A stretch of DNA of 64,000 nt from Tubiluchus corallicola (taxonomy: Eukaryota > Animalia > Priapulida): NCBI GenBank assembly GCA_030141605.1, contig JAQGDQ010000221.1:248001-312000 (forward strand). The letters run 5' to 3'. Numbering within the stretch: position 1 is the stretch's first letter; every line of letters starts with the position of its first letter. This document shows, one piece after another, positions 1 to 13,700 of the stretch. The translations under genes were made by a program, and so were the position numbers. Below the pieces are notes generated by a model. The model saw nothing but the letters and a program-made list of their open reading frames with translations. It had not been told where the DNA came from and made no database searches.

Positions 1-2257
1 AGAAAATTTAATAGGTTTACAAAGTTATAGGAAAAATTACTGAACTACAATTAAATGAAAATAAGTTGCTTTAAGAAACTGTTAATAAGTAAAGGATTCA
101 GCAACAGTCAACCAGCTACTGACAGCACAAGGGCGCATTCAAACTGCAAAAACTGTGGTGGTGTCCGAACCAAACTTCACCACCACCCCTACATCAGCTA
201 CATTCCCTTGTATATGTGAAGGTTTTTCGTCTGGTTTGCCCAAGTAGTAATGCTGACATCATAAGGCTTATGGACTGCTGTTCCATGCTCTTGTCAATAC
301 CGAGCAAATGTAGTGGTCAAAAAAGTGCAGTGTGTACTTTCACGTTGCCAGGTGTCAGAGGGTTATTATTTTGCCTGTCATTGGAACAACTTTGCCTCAT
401 ACTACTGGTCATAACATCATACCATGCAGTTGTAGTAAGCATAAAACTGTCCACAAGCACTTCAACTATTGTATGTCTACAATAATCATGTACAATGACG
501 ACATAACTACTCTGTTCCATTTTGATATTATGCTTAAGCTTTGTACTGTCTCCTTCACTACAAAAAGCTGCTATTTACAAGAAACTGCTCCACCACAGTG
601 AAGCTCCAGGAACTTCTACACAGTATAGTATAAACACAGAAATACAGGTACCGTGAGCTGCTACCAACAGAAAAACTTACCTGTTGACACAAGTCATGAA
701 CTCGCTGATCCCCAAGAATTAATAGCATGAATACATGAAGGCAGACATCAGCAGGAATGATGTGGCACTGTGGCAATTGCCCCGAAATCACTTCATGCAA
801 AACCATTCAAAATGTAATCCAGGTGATCCCACTTCTGACACCAGTGTAATATTGATGGAGACCTGGTAGTCCATGGTTCAAGTTTTGATTGATGGTGTTT
901 CAATTGTTAGGAAACCAATTCAGAAGCCACAAAACAAATCAAAAACTTGAAGGAATAACTTGCTATAATTTTCCTCTTGTATGTATACAGTAAAAGCTAG
1001 TGTAATATGTACATGCAGTATGTACATGATTGCTCAATATAAGAGTGTATAGTAGGTAATTTGGTAGATATTTTCTATTTGAAGAGCTATTGATGAAGCT
1101 ATAATTATGCTGATGATTTATTTATTACACTTAATGGAATTTAAAAAAAATAGTACAAAAAACTGAAACATTTCGGCTTATTAATTAATCAAAGATTTGG
1201 ATCACTGAGAGTGTCTGTACCACAAGCATACAGCAAGAATCGTTGTTAAATAATTGATGTTTATTCACCATAGTATGTCATTGCCATAATGGTAAGCATG
1301 CTTCAAGATAAGTCGAACGCATTCATCAAAGATTATTAGTACACAACGGATAATTTATATCGTGCGATGCCTTTTATCATAGACACACAATATTGAATGT
1401 ACTTGGCCATCAAACATAGCTCAAAAGAATTGATGTTCAATCTTTGCTCCTAATGCACAAAAATATATATATTTCGCATTTCTTGATCCATGAATTAATC
1501 GTTTTTAGTCAAAGTTTATCTTCTAGTTAGAAATTCCATTTTTAGATCGATTCCTGCTCTAGAGAACTAGAAGTTGTAAACTCTTTTCTTTTTAAGTAAC
1601 TAATATTCAGTGCAAATGTGACTTAAAGTGAAAATTTTTTTATGATACATCAAACATGTGAATGTTTGTCATAAACGCATTCATAAAAAGCAGAAAACCT
1701 TATCTATTTTTAAGTACCTTATCTACGTAAAAGCAGATATCCGTTAACTGTTCGTCAAATGTGCACTGGGCGAAACAATTGAATAAATAACATCAACCTG
1801 AATTGAAATTACTTCTTGAGTGCGGACTAAAATCCATGAGTGCGGTCCTTGAACACGGAACAGTTGAAATCCGTTTTGGAGGTGAGTTTTGTCAAACAGA
1901 AATTTATATAATACATATTTTCTATCGTAGCGTGATATGGGCGCTTAGTAAATTTCGGGCTGCCAGAAACTACTGGCGTTTTTTGCTGGCTGTATTTATT
2001 GGACAATAATTTTGCTGAAAACTAAACTTGACATTGGGCTAGTACTAGCACCGGTACTCAGTCATACTATCCCAGTATCCGTATAATGCTTGTGTTGTAA
2101 TCTTTGATAGGGTAAATATCGATATTAATCACATTTAGTTACGCACTCTTCAGGGAAAATTTACTTCTTTGTGTCAGTTCTTATTTTTTATTGTATAGTA
2201 CCAATCATTACAGTTTAAACATTTGTTATAAATATAATTTAAACTATTTAGCGTCAT

Positions 2258-2700
2258 GTACCAAACTTGAAAGATGGGAAATACAAAAAAGCTGGCATAC
2301 GCCCTGGGTTTGAACCGCAGACTGCTTACAAGGCAGATGCCTTAGTTATTTTGTCCTCTGTATCTCCCAGTGGGCAAGGCAGTCTAAAGTCCATTCCTTC
2401 AGCTGGCCAGCTGAATTTAACATAGACAGTTTGAACAATCTAACATTGGAAGTGCTGAATTCAGTTGGCTAGTTATAGGGATGAACTTTGGACTTCCTTG
2501 ACCAGTAGTGTGAGCAATCTAACATTGAGAATGCTGAATTCTGTTGGTAACTCTAGGGATAAACTTTGGACTGCCTTGGCCATTAGGAGGTACAGTGGCT
2601 GAGTGGTCTGAGATGTCTGTCTTATAAGCAGAAGATCACAGGTTCAAATCCAGGCTGGATGAAAACTTTTTCACACTTCCTGTTTTCCAAGTTTGATATC
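2258..2700. repeat. Inverted repeat whose arms are tRNA-like modules facing outward
   Basis: Right arm has A box TGGCTGAGTGG (2596) and B box GGTTCAAATCC (2641). The left arm is its diverged reverse complement (B box 2306-2316). An internal ~80-bp tandem duplication spans 2432-2582. Confidence 0.7.
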
Positions 2701-3231
2701 AAAATTTAATTAATTGTGGGTTTTTTTTCCATTATTCAACATTATTGGTGTAAAGTGGAAGAAATTCTTGGCCTAATCTAATTACAAAAAGAAATTTATA
2801 AGGCGAAAGAGAAACATTTGCTTTTTGTTCACAATAAAAATGTATCTGGTTTTTACGATGAACAATCGTAGTCGGTACCGATTCAACATGATTAAATTGC
2901 AAGCCGAAGTCCAATATCCTAATCAGTTGTAATTATCCGTGGTTGTTGAAATCTGACTGAAACATTAATCTATGGCCTGTATGTGGCCTTATTTTGTAGA
3001 AATTCAATACCCAGATTTGCAATATAGCTGGATTGCCCTGCAATTAAAAGCATTTTAAGTATGGAAACAGTTGTTTTTGAAAATTATTTATGTTAAAGAA
3101 TTATTAGCATGAAGCCTAATTCCTAGCTTTTCTCTCTTTTGCTCTCAGAGTTCTACTTAAATTGGCAACAATTTTGTGAACTTAAATTAAGAGTTTGCAA
3201 TTTTTGACTAGAGGTATCATACAACAGTACC

Positions 3232-3901
3232 TTAAAGGACAAGAAAAGGGGTACCCGAACTAGGTTTTAGAAAAATCGCCTTAAAAAATTATTATTACTT
3301 TACAGCAATTTTATATGTATATCGTACTCGCGTTAAAAGGAATTTTTGTTTCCTTTCATTTTAAATCTCCTACAATTCTGTTACACGATGTCACTACGCA
3401 AACGTAAATCAGGGGAAGAAAATACATATGTTAAATTATGTCTGAAAAAACTTTCCATGCAAATCTATATTACTTAGCATTTCACTTACTTGCTGGAAAG
3501 ACTTATGTAACTAGAAAATATAATTTATAATGTTTGAGCCAATTAGTGAAATGTCGCTGACTCACCCTCCAGGGTGCACCACTCACTAACCAAAAACATA
3601 TGTTTATTCTTATTGACAAGATGCAGTAATTTTAAATTTTACTTAATTAGCAACATGTATGCTACGAACGCTCTAATTATTTTTTCAAACTTTACTCAGT
3701 GTTATCTAAACTTGTTTCAAAATGACCTAACATCAAAATGTCTGCGCCTAACGGTTATCACTGGAGTTTAATTTTACAGGTTTTATGCAGCGTTTCAGCC
3801 TACTCAAGCCTTGTATGTGAAAAGGTAGTGTGTAAGTGGTATGAAACTTGAATATGAATTTTTTAAGCTTTATGTAAGTGGAGGGTTTTCTTCTGCTTTA
3901 A
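3232..3901 (+). mobile_element. Non-autonomous DNA transposon family A (TTAA TSD, AG...CT ends; Kolobok-like), copy 1
   Basis: TTAA|AGGACAAGAAAA ... TTTTCTTCTGCT|TTAA. Colinear homologous copy at 23061-23720. Confidence 0.75.
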
Positions 3902-4700
3902 TATGCTACCTCTGGGTAATATACAAAAAACTGACATCATTGCTGAATGTGCTTGTGGATTCTTAAATACCTGTATAACACCAACAAGTGTTGAAGTTGT
4001 TTAGTGCATTATTATGATTAAACGAATAAATTAAATAACTTACCTTTTTCTGGTGAATTTCGAATGCTCACATTGCCGTAAAGATGCCATATTTCGTGGT
4101 GCAAGTGAGCGAGAATGACGTACAAAGTACAAAAAGTGTCTTTGACTGCCGATGTTTGACGACCTTGTGACTGTGCTCATAACGTCAGTCGTCTCGCACA
4201 ATGAAAAATGGTGGTTCTTCAAATTTAATACTGCTGATAACAAAGTGATAAAAAATGAAATTAAAAGAAACAAGTTTTAGAGAAAATTTATAATAAAATG
4301 AATTGAATATTCGTAATAAGAGTAGGTTTTTAAGTTTTTAAAGCTCATTTTATAGTGAGGGTTTAGTTTGTCTTTGACTGAGTTTCTAGGCTGTAATATG
4401 TAACTATATAAAACACTCGGACAATTAATATAAGTAAGGAAGTGTATATTTTAGATTGCAGATTTACTAGACAAATGTTACTAAGGTGTACTAAGTGTTT
4501 TCCCTGTTCTTACTGCAGTTACTGTGACTACATGCCACTTTTGCTTACTAATAAGTATTAATATAAGTAAATGTCATCTCACAATTAAGATTTTCTATGA
4601 AACTGTACAGTTTAACACCTTGTTCTGAAGGTTATATATGTGTAACATGCACTGTCCATTCCTCAAGCTTCCATACATACAAATGATTTTGTAGATTATC

Positions 4701-7700
4701 ATGGCACCGGTTATCGAGCATCTTGTCAAGTCTCGGAATTCTTTTGTGAGTCCATTTTATGCAAACTGTGAATCGTCGTCACCTGTGCCGGACAGACAAC
4801 TACATGCAGCCGCTGCAGCCGTGACTGGTAAGTTTGTGAAATTTGTAAAGTTTGATGATGATGTTGATGATGATGATGATGTTTGATGATGACAATGATG
4901 ATAGTAATAATGATAGTAATAATAATTTTCCTTGGGTGACTTTTTCTACGAGTGGAATTAGAATATAGTAACTTCAATGTTTTTGCAAAGAATAAAGCAA
5001 ATAAGGCTTATTTGTTACAATGGGCAAGCATAAATTGAATTCGAAGTGAATTTCAATATTAACTTGCAAAATCGTGCATATTGCTTGACTTTGTTCTGCA
5101 GCAAGAACTATAATAATTTGTGAAAAAAATTTGCACACAGATCAAGCTAAATTGTGGCAATTGCATAATGTGTCATTTTAAAGACAAAGAACAAATGTAA
5201 TAAAAATCTTGAATTATTCCTTCCTGTAATTTTAGATGCGAATGAAATTGGAATTAAAAAAATTAATTCTAATCTAATCCCTCACTCTTACTACTCTAAA
5301 ATGCTAAAATGTAGTATTTCGAGCGCTCAATTGAAACTTTTTTGTATGTAAGTTATGCATTTTGAGTACTTGTTGTAATATGTGTAGCCTATAATTCAAC
5401 ATTTGTTTGAAATTGCAACATTAGGTTCTTCAAAAGGCACAAATTTATAATGCTTCTTTTTTGTGGATAGGTGTCGCACCACCGTGGGCATAATGTGTTA
5501 TCACTAGCACTGTTTATAATGCCGATGACTCTGTCTACTTAATATTATCATAAATAATTATTGTGGAACTAACAGACATTATTGCAGCATGTACTGTACT
5601 ATCTTTGAACTAAATGCCAAACAAATTCTTGTATCCGTGTCCTTGTGGAATATAATAATTCCAAAAGCTAAAATGTTATTGTTTATTAAATAAACAACTC
5701 ACAGAAATTAATGTGATGCCACCCAGCATAAGCTATTATAGAATAGTGCAGATAAATACGATCGTAGTGACAGATTATTAGATTGTCTGTTTTGTGTTAT
5801 GCATAGAGTAATTGATTGTTTTAAAGTTTAGTTGCTTTTTGTATGTACACGTTTAAAGCATTTTGTTTGGAATGGCTGTGTTTGACGGCTAGGGTGTATG
5901 TATTTGCATATACAATTAGTCACATGTATATGACTTAGTACATATATTACACGTGTATGTTCGAATTAGAAAGATTTGCTTTCGTTTCAGAGGAAACGAG
6001 TTGTGAATTTGGTTCTCCAAAATTTTATGCTCTTTGTGGTTTTGGAGGTATATTGAGTTGTGGAATCACGCACACGGCAGTTGTTCCGCTGGATTTAGTG
6101 AAATGTCGGATCCAGGTTGATCCAGGTAACACGCTCTTTTATTTAGTTTCTTACTCGCTCACAAGTATGTGAGTGACTGTGGTAGAAACATTAAAGCTGT
6201 TACAGACACGAAATTGCCAATAATTGCACTTTTGGCTAAGTTTCAATTTCGGCGGAATTTGATAAATTTTGTAGCCGAAATTTCTGATAATTTCGTTTCT
6301 GAGGTTTTACTAGTATTTATCCAATTTACCTTTTCTCCTAAAAATTGCTGAAAAATCTTGGATAAATTAGTTCAAATAAAGCGAAAATTTCATTTATATA
6401 ACAGTTTGTGATGTGCTTTTTACAACAATGCGGCATATCTTCAGTGCTGACCACTGTGAAGTTTTAGGGTGTCCAGGTCCAATCAGGCGAAATATCAAAC
6501 CACATTTGAATTTATTTGAGCAAAATTGTCTTTAATTTTATAATTTATGAAATATCCTCAACAAAATATCTACAAAATATAATATCTTTATAATATAATA
6601 TGTAAGCCACTCCATAAAACGTGAGGTTTTATACTGTAAAACATCCTTTTCTTTTTTATCAGTAATTTTGCATCATAGCAAATAAAAGCAGATGAACAGA
6701 AACAAAATATTTTACTTATTTTAGAATTTTCCTTTTTTCAGTTTTAATACTAGTTGGTTTTGCAAAAGTGTTTTGGTTCGGTTTCGTTTCCATATCGGTT
6801 TCTTATGTTTCATAAATTTCCATTTCCTTTTTGGTCTGCATATTCAGTTTCGGTAACATTCCTGGTTAAAACCAAAGCTTATTGTAATTCTGTTCATTGA
6901 GCTTGGCAGTTACGAGAAATCTTTAGTTACACTTTGAATTATCGTTTGTTGCACACCGCAATGCGAAGTTACACTTTGAATGATCGTTTGTTGCACACCA
7001 CACTGCGAAGTTACACTATGAATGATCGTTTGTTGCACACCACAGTGCAAAGTTATACTCTGAATGATCGTTTTTTGCGCACCACAATGCGTAGTTACAC
7101 TTTGAATGATCGTTTGTTGCACACCACAATGCGAAGTTACACTTTGAATGATCGTTTGTTGTACACCACAGTGCGATGTTCTACTTTGAATGATCGTTTG
7201 TTGCACACCACAGTGCGAAGTTATACTTTGAATGATCGTTTGTTGCACACCACAATGCGAAGGTACACTTTGAATGATCATTTGTTGCACACCACAATGC
7301 GAAGTTATACTTTGAATGATCATTTGTTGCACACCACAATGTTAAGTTATACTTTGAATGATCGTTTGTTGTACACCACAGTGCGATGTTCTACTTTGAA
7401 TGATCGTTTGTTGCACACCACAGTGCGAAGTTATACTTTGAATGATCGTTTTTTGCACACCACAATGCGAAGTTACACTTTGAATGATCGTTTGTTGCAC
7501 ACCACAATGCGAAGTTACACTTTGAATGATCATTTGTTGCACACCACAGTGCGAAGTTATACTTTGAATGATCGTTTTTTGCACATCACAATGCGAAGTT
7601 ACACTTTGAATGATCGTTTGTTGCACACCACAATGCGAAGTTACACTTTGAATGATCATTTGTTGCACACCACAATGCGAAGCTACGTTTTAAATGATCG

Positions 7701-10700
7701 TTAGTTACACACCACAGTGCGAAGTTATACTTTGAATGATCATGTTTTGCACACCACAATGCGAAGTTAACACTTTAAATTATCGTTTGTTGCACACCAC
7801 AATGCGAAGTTATACTTTGAATGATCATTTGTTGCACACCACATTGTTAAGTTATACTTTGAACGCTCATTTGTTGTACACCACAGTGCGAAGTTCTACT
7901 TTGAATGATCATTTGTTGCACATCACAGTGTGAAGTTATACTTTGAATGATCGTTTTTGCACACCACAATGCGAAGTTACACTTTGGATGATCGTTTGTT
8001 GCACACCACAGTGCGAAGTTATACTTTGAATGATCGTTTGTTGCACACCACAGTGCGAAGTTATACTTTGAATGATTGTTTTTGCCCACCACAATGCGAA
8101 GTTACACTTTGAATGATCGTTTGTTGCACACCACAATGCGAAGAAAATTTTTCGTCAAATATAAACGTGTGTCAAACGACGTGCTGAGTTTTTTCAGTAG
8201 TTTTTTATTTTTCTATTCTTGACTGAATCATACGAAAACCGTTTTTAATAGCACATTACGAAAACCGGATAGCGAATATTTGCGAACATAACATTTTTGT
8301 ATTTTTGTAACTACAGGATAATAACGGATACAAATAGTTACAAAATTCCGCAAATATGACAATATGAATATCGATACGAATCGGATAACCAGAGCAACAC
8401 TAGTCAGAACATTAAAGACTCAAATAATTGAATGCTGAATCATCACCGAATGTTAGAGTTACTTTTTGAACTTGGTGAGCTGTTTATGGCATAGAAAAGC
8501 TAATGCCACCACAGACAAGCAATACATACTAACTTTGTACTTCAGTTCTTTAATCATACAAATGCTATACACTATTAAATTATTCTACTTTACTTAAAAA
8601 ATCTTCACAAGCTGTTTTTCCTGTGTTTCGTGTATTGGCTACATAAATAAACAATACGCACTGTAATAACATAGAAAACACTATTTAATAGGTCTCTGCT
8701 GTTTATAAATCCATTTAGCTTCACACCAAGCGGGATTGTTTAAGCGACTGTGTCACTCGAATATTTGCGAACATAACATTTTTGTATTTTTGTAACTACA
8801 GGATAATAACGGATACAAATAGTTACAAAATTCCGCAAATATGACAATATGAATATCGATACGAATCGGATAACCAGAGCAACACTAGTCAGAACATTAA
8901 AGACTCAAATAATTGAATGCTGAATCATCACTGAATGCTAAAGTTACTTTTTGAACTTGGTGAGCTGTTTATGGCATAGAAAAGCTAATGGCATCACAGA
9001 CAAACAATACATACTAACTTTGTACTTCAGTTCTTTAATCATACAAATGCTATACACTATTAAATTATTCTACTTTACTTAAAAAATCTTCACAAGCTGT
9101 TTTTCCTGTGTTTCGTGTATTGGCTACATAAATAAACAATACGCACTGTAATAACATAGAAAACACTATTTAATAGGTCTCTGCTGTTTATAAATCCATT
9201 TAGCTTCACACCAAGCGGGATTGTTTAAGCAACTGTGTCACTGGATAAAATTAAAAGAAATTTTCAAAACTTCAAAAGTTAACTTAGAGCATTACTTTGC
9301 AGGAACCCCTCTTTCTCACTGGCTATTCTATTCAACTTTTTTGCAGCCAAGTATGGAAGTATTTTCAAAGGTTTCGGAATCACAGTTCGGGAGGATGGTA
9401 TTCGAGGGTTAGCTAAGGGATGGGCACCTACATTTTTTGGATACTCTATACAGGGCCTCGGAAAGTTTGGTTTCTACGAAATATTTAAAATTTTTTATGC
9501 AAATCTTTTAGGAGAGGTAAGTGAATGTATTGTTGTTTTTGCAGTAGTGTTTCCCAGTGCGTGATACTTTTCGATAAAACAATTTCAGGATATTTATTTA
9601 TGTAAAATTTTTATTCTTCTGTTGGCGTTTATAGTACTGAGATACAACTTAGATATATTTGTATATTGTAGTGAGTGACCCAACTTTATCAAAAAACTCT
9701 ATGATTTATTTACTTCTAACACTTCTAATAGCTGTTAATTTCAATAATCTTAATTCGCAGGATAAAAATCAACTCATATCTGGTAATTCCCCAACTAAGC
9801 TGTGATCAAGATGTTCTCATATTTCAATTAATGTAGAAATATGCTAACGAGACCAAAAGATTCTGCCATAGAAATTAGTCAGTTTTCAGTACTTTAGCAG
9901 TTTTAAATTAGTCAGAAATTAGTTAGCTTGCAGAATAAAATGCATGCTTTATTGTCAATTAATTCTGTACTTCGTAATTTTCAATGTACGTACAAGGCCG
10001 GGGTACAAATCGGTTTATTTTAGTCTGTTCACCTCAGGCCTAAATATAACAAATAAAAACTATGTTTATAAAATAGTGGCCCTATAGTGATTTGCTGCAA
10101 AAGTAGAGAAATACCTGCTACAGCGTATAGTTGTGCATTTTTTATCGCCGTTTTTTTCAGTTTTCCCTCCGTTTTTAATAGTTCATTGTTCGTGAGTTTT
10201 CAAAATGTGCAAATTTAGTCGTTGCAGCAAATTTTCTTTATCAGTCGAATTAAACCCATGTTCTTAGTGGCATTTTCACAAGTTACAGGTTACTTCATAA
10301 AATCTTGCAAACTGCTTCATTAACTGTCATTTTAGATAACTAATCCGCCTGCTTTTTAAATGAACTATTTTCATGGGATCATTCATGTATTTTGTTGAAC
10401 TAATTTTTCATTTGTTTTCATTCCTCTACGAAACCTTCTTGATTTATAAACCTTAAAGGAAAGAATAAGTCACTCAGTTTGTTTATTTATTTGACTTTAT
10501 TTTACTGTTATCACTTAAACTTGGAAAACTATAACAACGAAATTTGCAAAGAACTGCCTATAAAGCATAAATCTAAAATATACTACCTCTGAGTAGAATT
10601 GTTCAGGTGTGGTGGTTTCTGCCACTCGTTTGAAAATCATGATGTGACTGAGAGACTTTGTGACTTCTTGTAAGTGAGTCGTGGCTTTTTGTAAGCATGC

Positions 10701-13700
10701 GCTGCTTAAACTAATTCAAACTTCTGCAGCTTACCTCATGTTCATGCAGAAATGTTACAAAAATTAGCTATCTAATTTCATTGCAAAAACTTGTTATACT
10801 TTTAATGAAGATTGACAGTGCACTACTTTTCTCCAAGACGAATGACGTCGTTTAAAGAACAACGGGCATTGAAAATGGGACTGCCCAAGCATGAAATGAT
10901 CGCGACTTTATAAAGTAATTTTACTAATTACACGATTATTGCAGTTTTATTACTGAATCCTTCTAACATCTTTTGCAAACATTGAAATAGCCTAACCTCC
11001 TAGAAGACTTCTCCTTTTCTTTAACGTGCAAGTAAGAGAAACAACGCTAGATGCAAAGAATTGTTGGTGCCAGCTTAACTGTTTGACTAAATTGTAAAAT
11101 GTGTATTTAACAGGAGAGAACTTATTTGTACCGTACTTCACTGTACCTTGCCGCCTCGGCTTCGGCAGAGTTTTTCGCCGACATTGGTCTGGCACCTTTT
11201 GAAGCCACAAAGGTGAGAATTCAGACGCAGCCAGGTTATGCTAACACCATGCGTGAAGCCATGCCAAAAATGTTTGCGGAAGAAGGATTTGCTGCGTAAG
11301 TGTACAAAGCATGTGAACCATTCATATTACAGTAAATCCTGGCTTAGCGACATTTCGTTTCAACGACGCTGAGCATTTGACACCTTTTCCTCACTTAATG
11401 GCGCACGTTCCATATTAGCGAGGATTTTTTTTACTTTACTGAAAGTCATTTTTTATTTGATCAACATTTTTTTACGATATTTCTAGCATTAAATGTACAT
11501 ACTGCATTATTCTATTCTGAAAACACACTAGTAATGTAAAATAGTACAATTATTATATGTTTTTGCTCTCCGACTGACTGTTAAATCTAGCTGTTTGAGC
11601 AAGTTCTATTTGCGATTTATACGCCTCCTGGCACCCGAGTGCAAACTTTGTGTGAACGAATTATGCCCACAACTTGTTCCCATAGCAACAAGACTACATA
11701 TGTAGATGAAATTGTTCCAAGGTTGCCCCAGGACTTGGCTTTCACTGTGTGGGCGGTGTTTAACTGCTAAGTGCGTAGGGCTTAACATTTAGAAAAAAGA
11801 AACAGCTAGCTGGGTATTGGCTAGTAAATTAATCAATAAAAGTATGAATAAAACTCATAAAACATTTAAATTATCTGTTTAAAACAGCAACGTGTCCCAA
11901 CTCTTTCACGTTACTATCTGTGGAAGTCTTGTCTTCATTCAATGATTTTTCGCTTAACATTTTGCTGGAACGCATTCGTGTCGTTGAGCGAGGACTTACT
12001 GTATTTCTGAAAATGAACTGCACGTAGAGTACTGTAAGTTTTTGCTTTATAGTAAAATAATGTGATGGTTTTTGTTGCTAAATCAGTGAGGTGTCCACAC
12101 TGTTCAATGCAAGAGAAATAGTCTAAGGCAGTATGATAGTTAAGACTCTCCACGAGCAATTTTTATGGCAGTCACCTATCCATTTATTGACAGTGCCTGG
12201 TATTGCTTATCCGCTGTTGCTGGGTTGCACGCTGTAATTCATTTGTTTCCATCACCCTGATTCCATCCGATTTTATTAAGTTATACCTTTAAGGCAATAT
12301 AATTTTTGTAGTACATTTAAAAATTTCTTGACTAATCATATCACCTAGTGATTTGGTGTTTGAATTCTTTTTTTAGCTTAAACATGTTTATTTTACAACC
12401 TTGGGACAAAAAAGTAATTCTGATACAAAAGTCCTTTGGTTACAGATATAATACATCTACAAAACAAAGTGTACAAGTAACATTTACGTAACAATTAAAC
12501 AAGCTGATTAATTAATAAAAAAAGACAGTTGCAATCTAATGAATATGAGACAAACGAATGAATAGTAATAATAACAGCAACTTAACATATTGAATTTAGC
12601 TAAATTTCATTTAGTTTTTCTAATGTAATTGTGTACAGCAGTAAAAATTCCTCAACTTATTGGGATATTATCGATCTGGAGACCATTAAGTATTTTGACT
12701 TTATTATTCAAGTTTTCAAAATTTCCAAGGTCTTCACCGAGAAACTGATTTGATATTGATAGCAACATACAATGTCTAGCAGCTGTGTACCGTGAACAGT
12801 GAAGTAAATAACGTTCAATAGTTTTACCATAGAAGCCACAAGCGCAAGTTTGTGGAACTAAGTTGCCATCACTAGATTTACAACCACGAAGATTTAAATC
12901 ACAGGTCAAATGCGTAAACCTAAGCCTCATCCTGGTGTGATGGACTGCATAAGGTCTTTCACCAAATGAATAAAACTTGGGAGTTTCAACAAAATTGAAG
13001 TGTGAGTGGAGAACAAATTTACAGAGGAAGAATTTTTCATGTAATCAGGTTCCACAACTCATTCCACAAACGCACAGCAGAAAGGAAGAAACTGTTTTTA
13101 AATGTCTCCTTATAAACATTAAGTAATAAAAAATCACCATAATTCGGAGACTGTAATCTTTCTCTCTTTTTTGATGTTATGAAGGTTTTACAAGGGTCTT
13201 CCCCCGCTGTGGGGTCGACAGATTCCTTACACTATGATGAAATTTGCTGCATTTGAAAGGACCATTGAATTCTTGTACCATTACGTTGTACCCAAGCCAA
13301 GATCGGAAATGACCAAACCAGAACAGTTGGTGGTGACGTTCGCAGGCGGATATATAGGTATGATTTTATAAAAATGAAAGCATTTAATGACCAAAATGGG
13401 TCATTTGAGTTATTTACTAGGATGTTTATATGGAAACACGTGCAGTTCGACTGTTTTCTAACATCACGGGTGTTTGAAATAGTTTCTGAACATTTCAAAT
13501 CAGATCTATGAGCTATGAATTTGATTTCACACATCAAAAAATCAAACACATTAATAAATTTTAAATAAAATAATTTGAGTAGTGTGAGGTGAGTGTACGA
13601 CCATACCTTACTTAAATGAAAAAATGATTATAGTTATGCCATGCTTCTGTAGATAACTTAATGTAAATAAGGATGAAGTTAATGATGTAATAATAGCAAA

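Noticed and set aside
100-930. Slightly GC-richer segment with several short ORFs and a minus-strand CAG|GTAAGT near 680
   Set aside because: No frame gives a recognisable protein. It may be a decayed element or UTR but cannot be supported.
2586-2660. Functional tRNA gene
   Set aside because: The acceptor stem does not pair and the anticodon arm is mismatched. It is treated as repeat-derived, as are the other tRNA-like heads.
6910-8136. Long periodic ORFs on both strands, or a CRISPR-like array
   Set aside because: This is a pure 42-bp tandem repeat with no unique spacers, inside an intron. The ORFs are a by-product of unit length.
6126-9346. Mutually exclusive exon equivalent to vertebrate SLC25A3 3A/3B
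   Set aside because: No second copy of the SCEFGS...VDP exon was found in the flanking introns.
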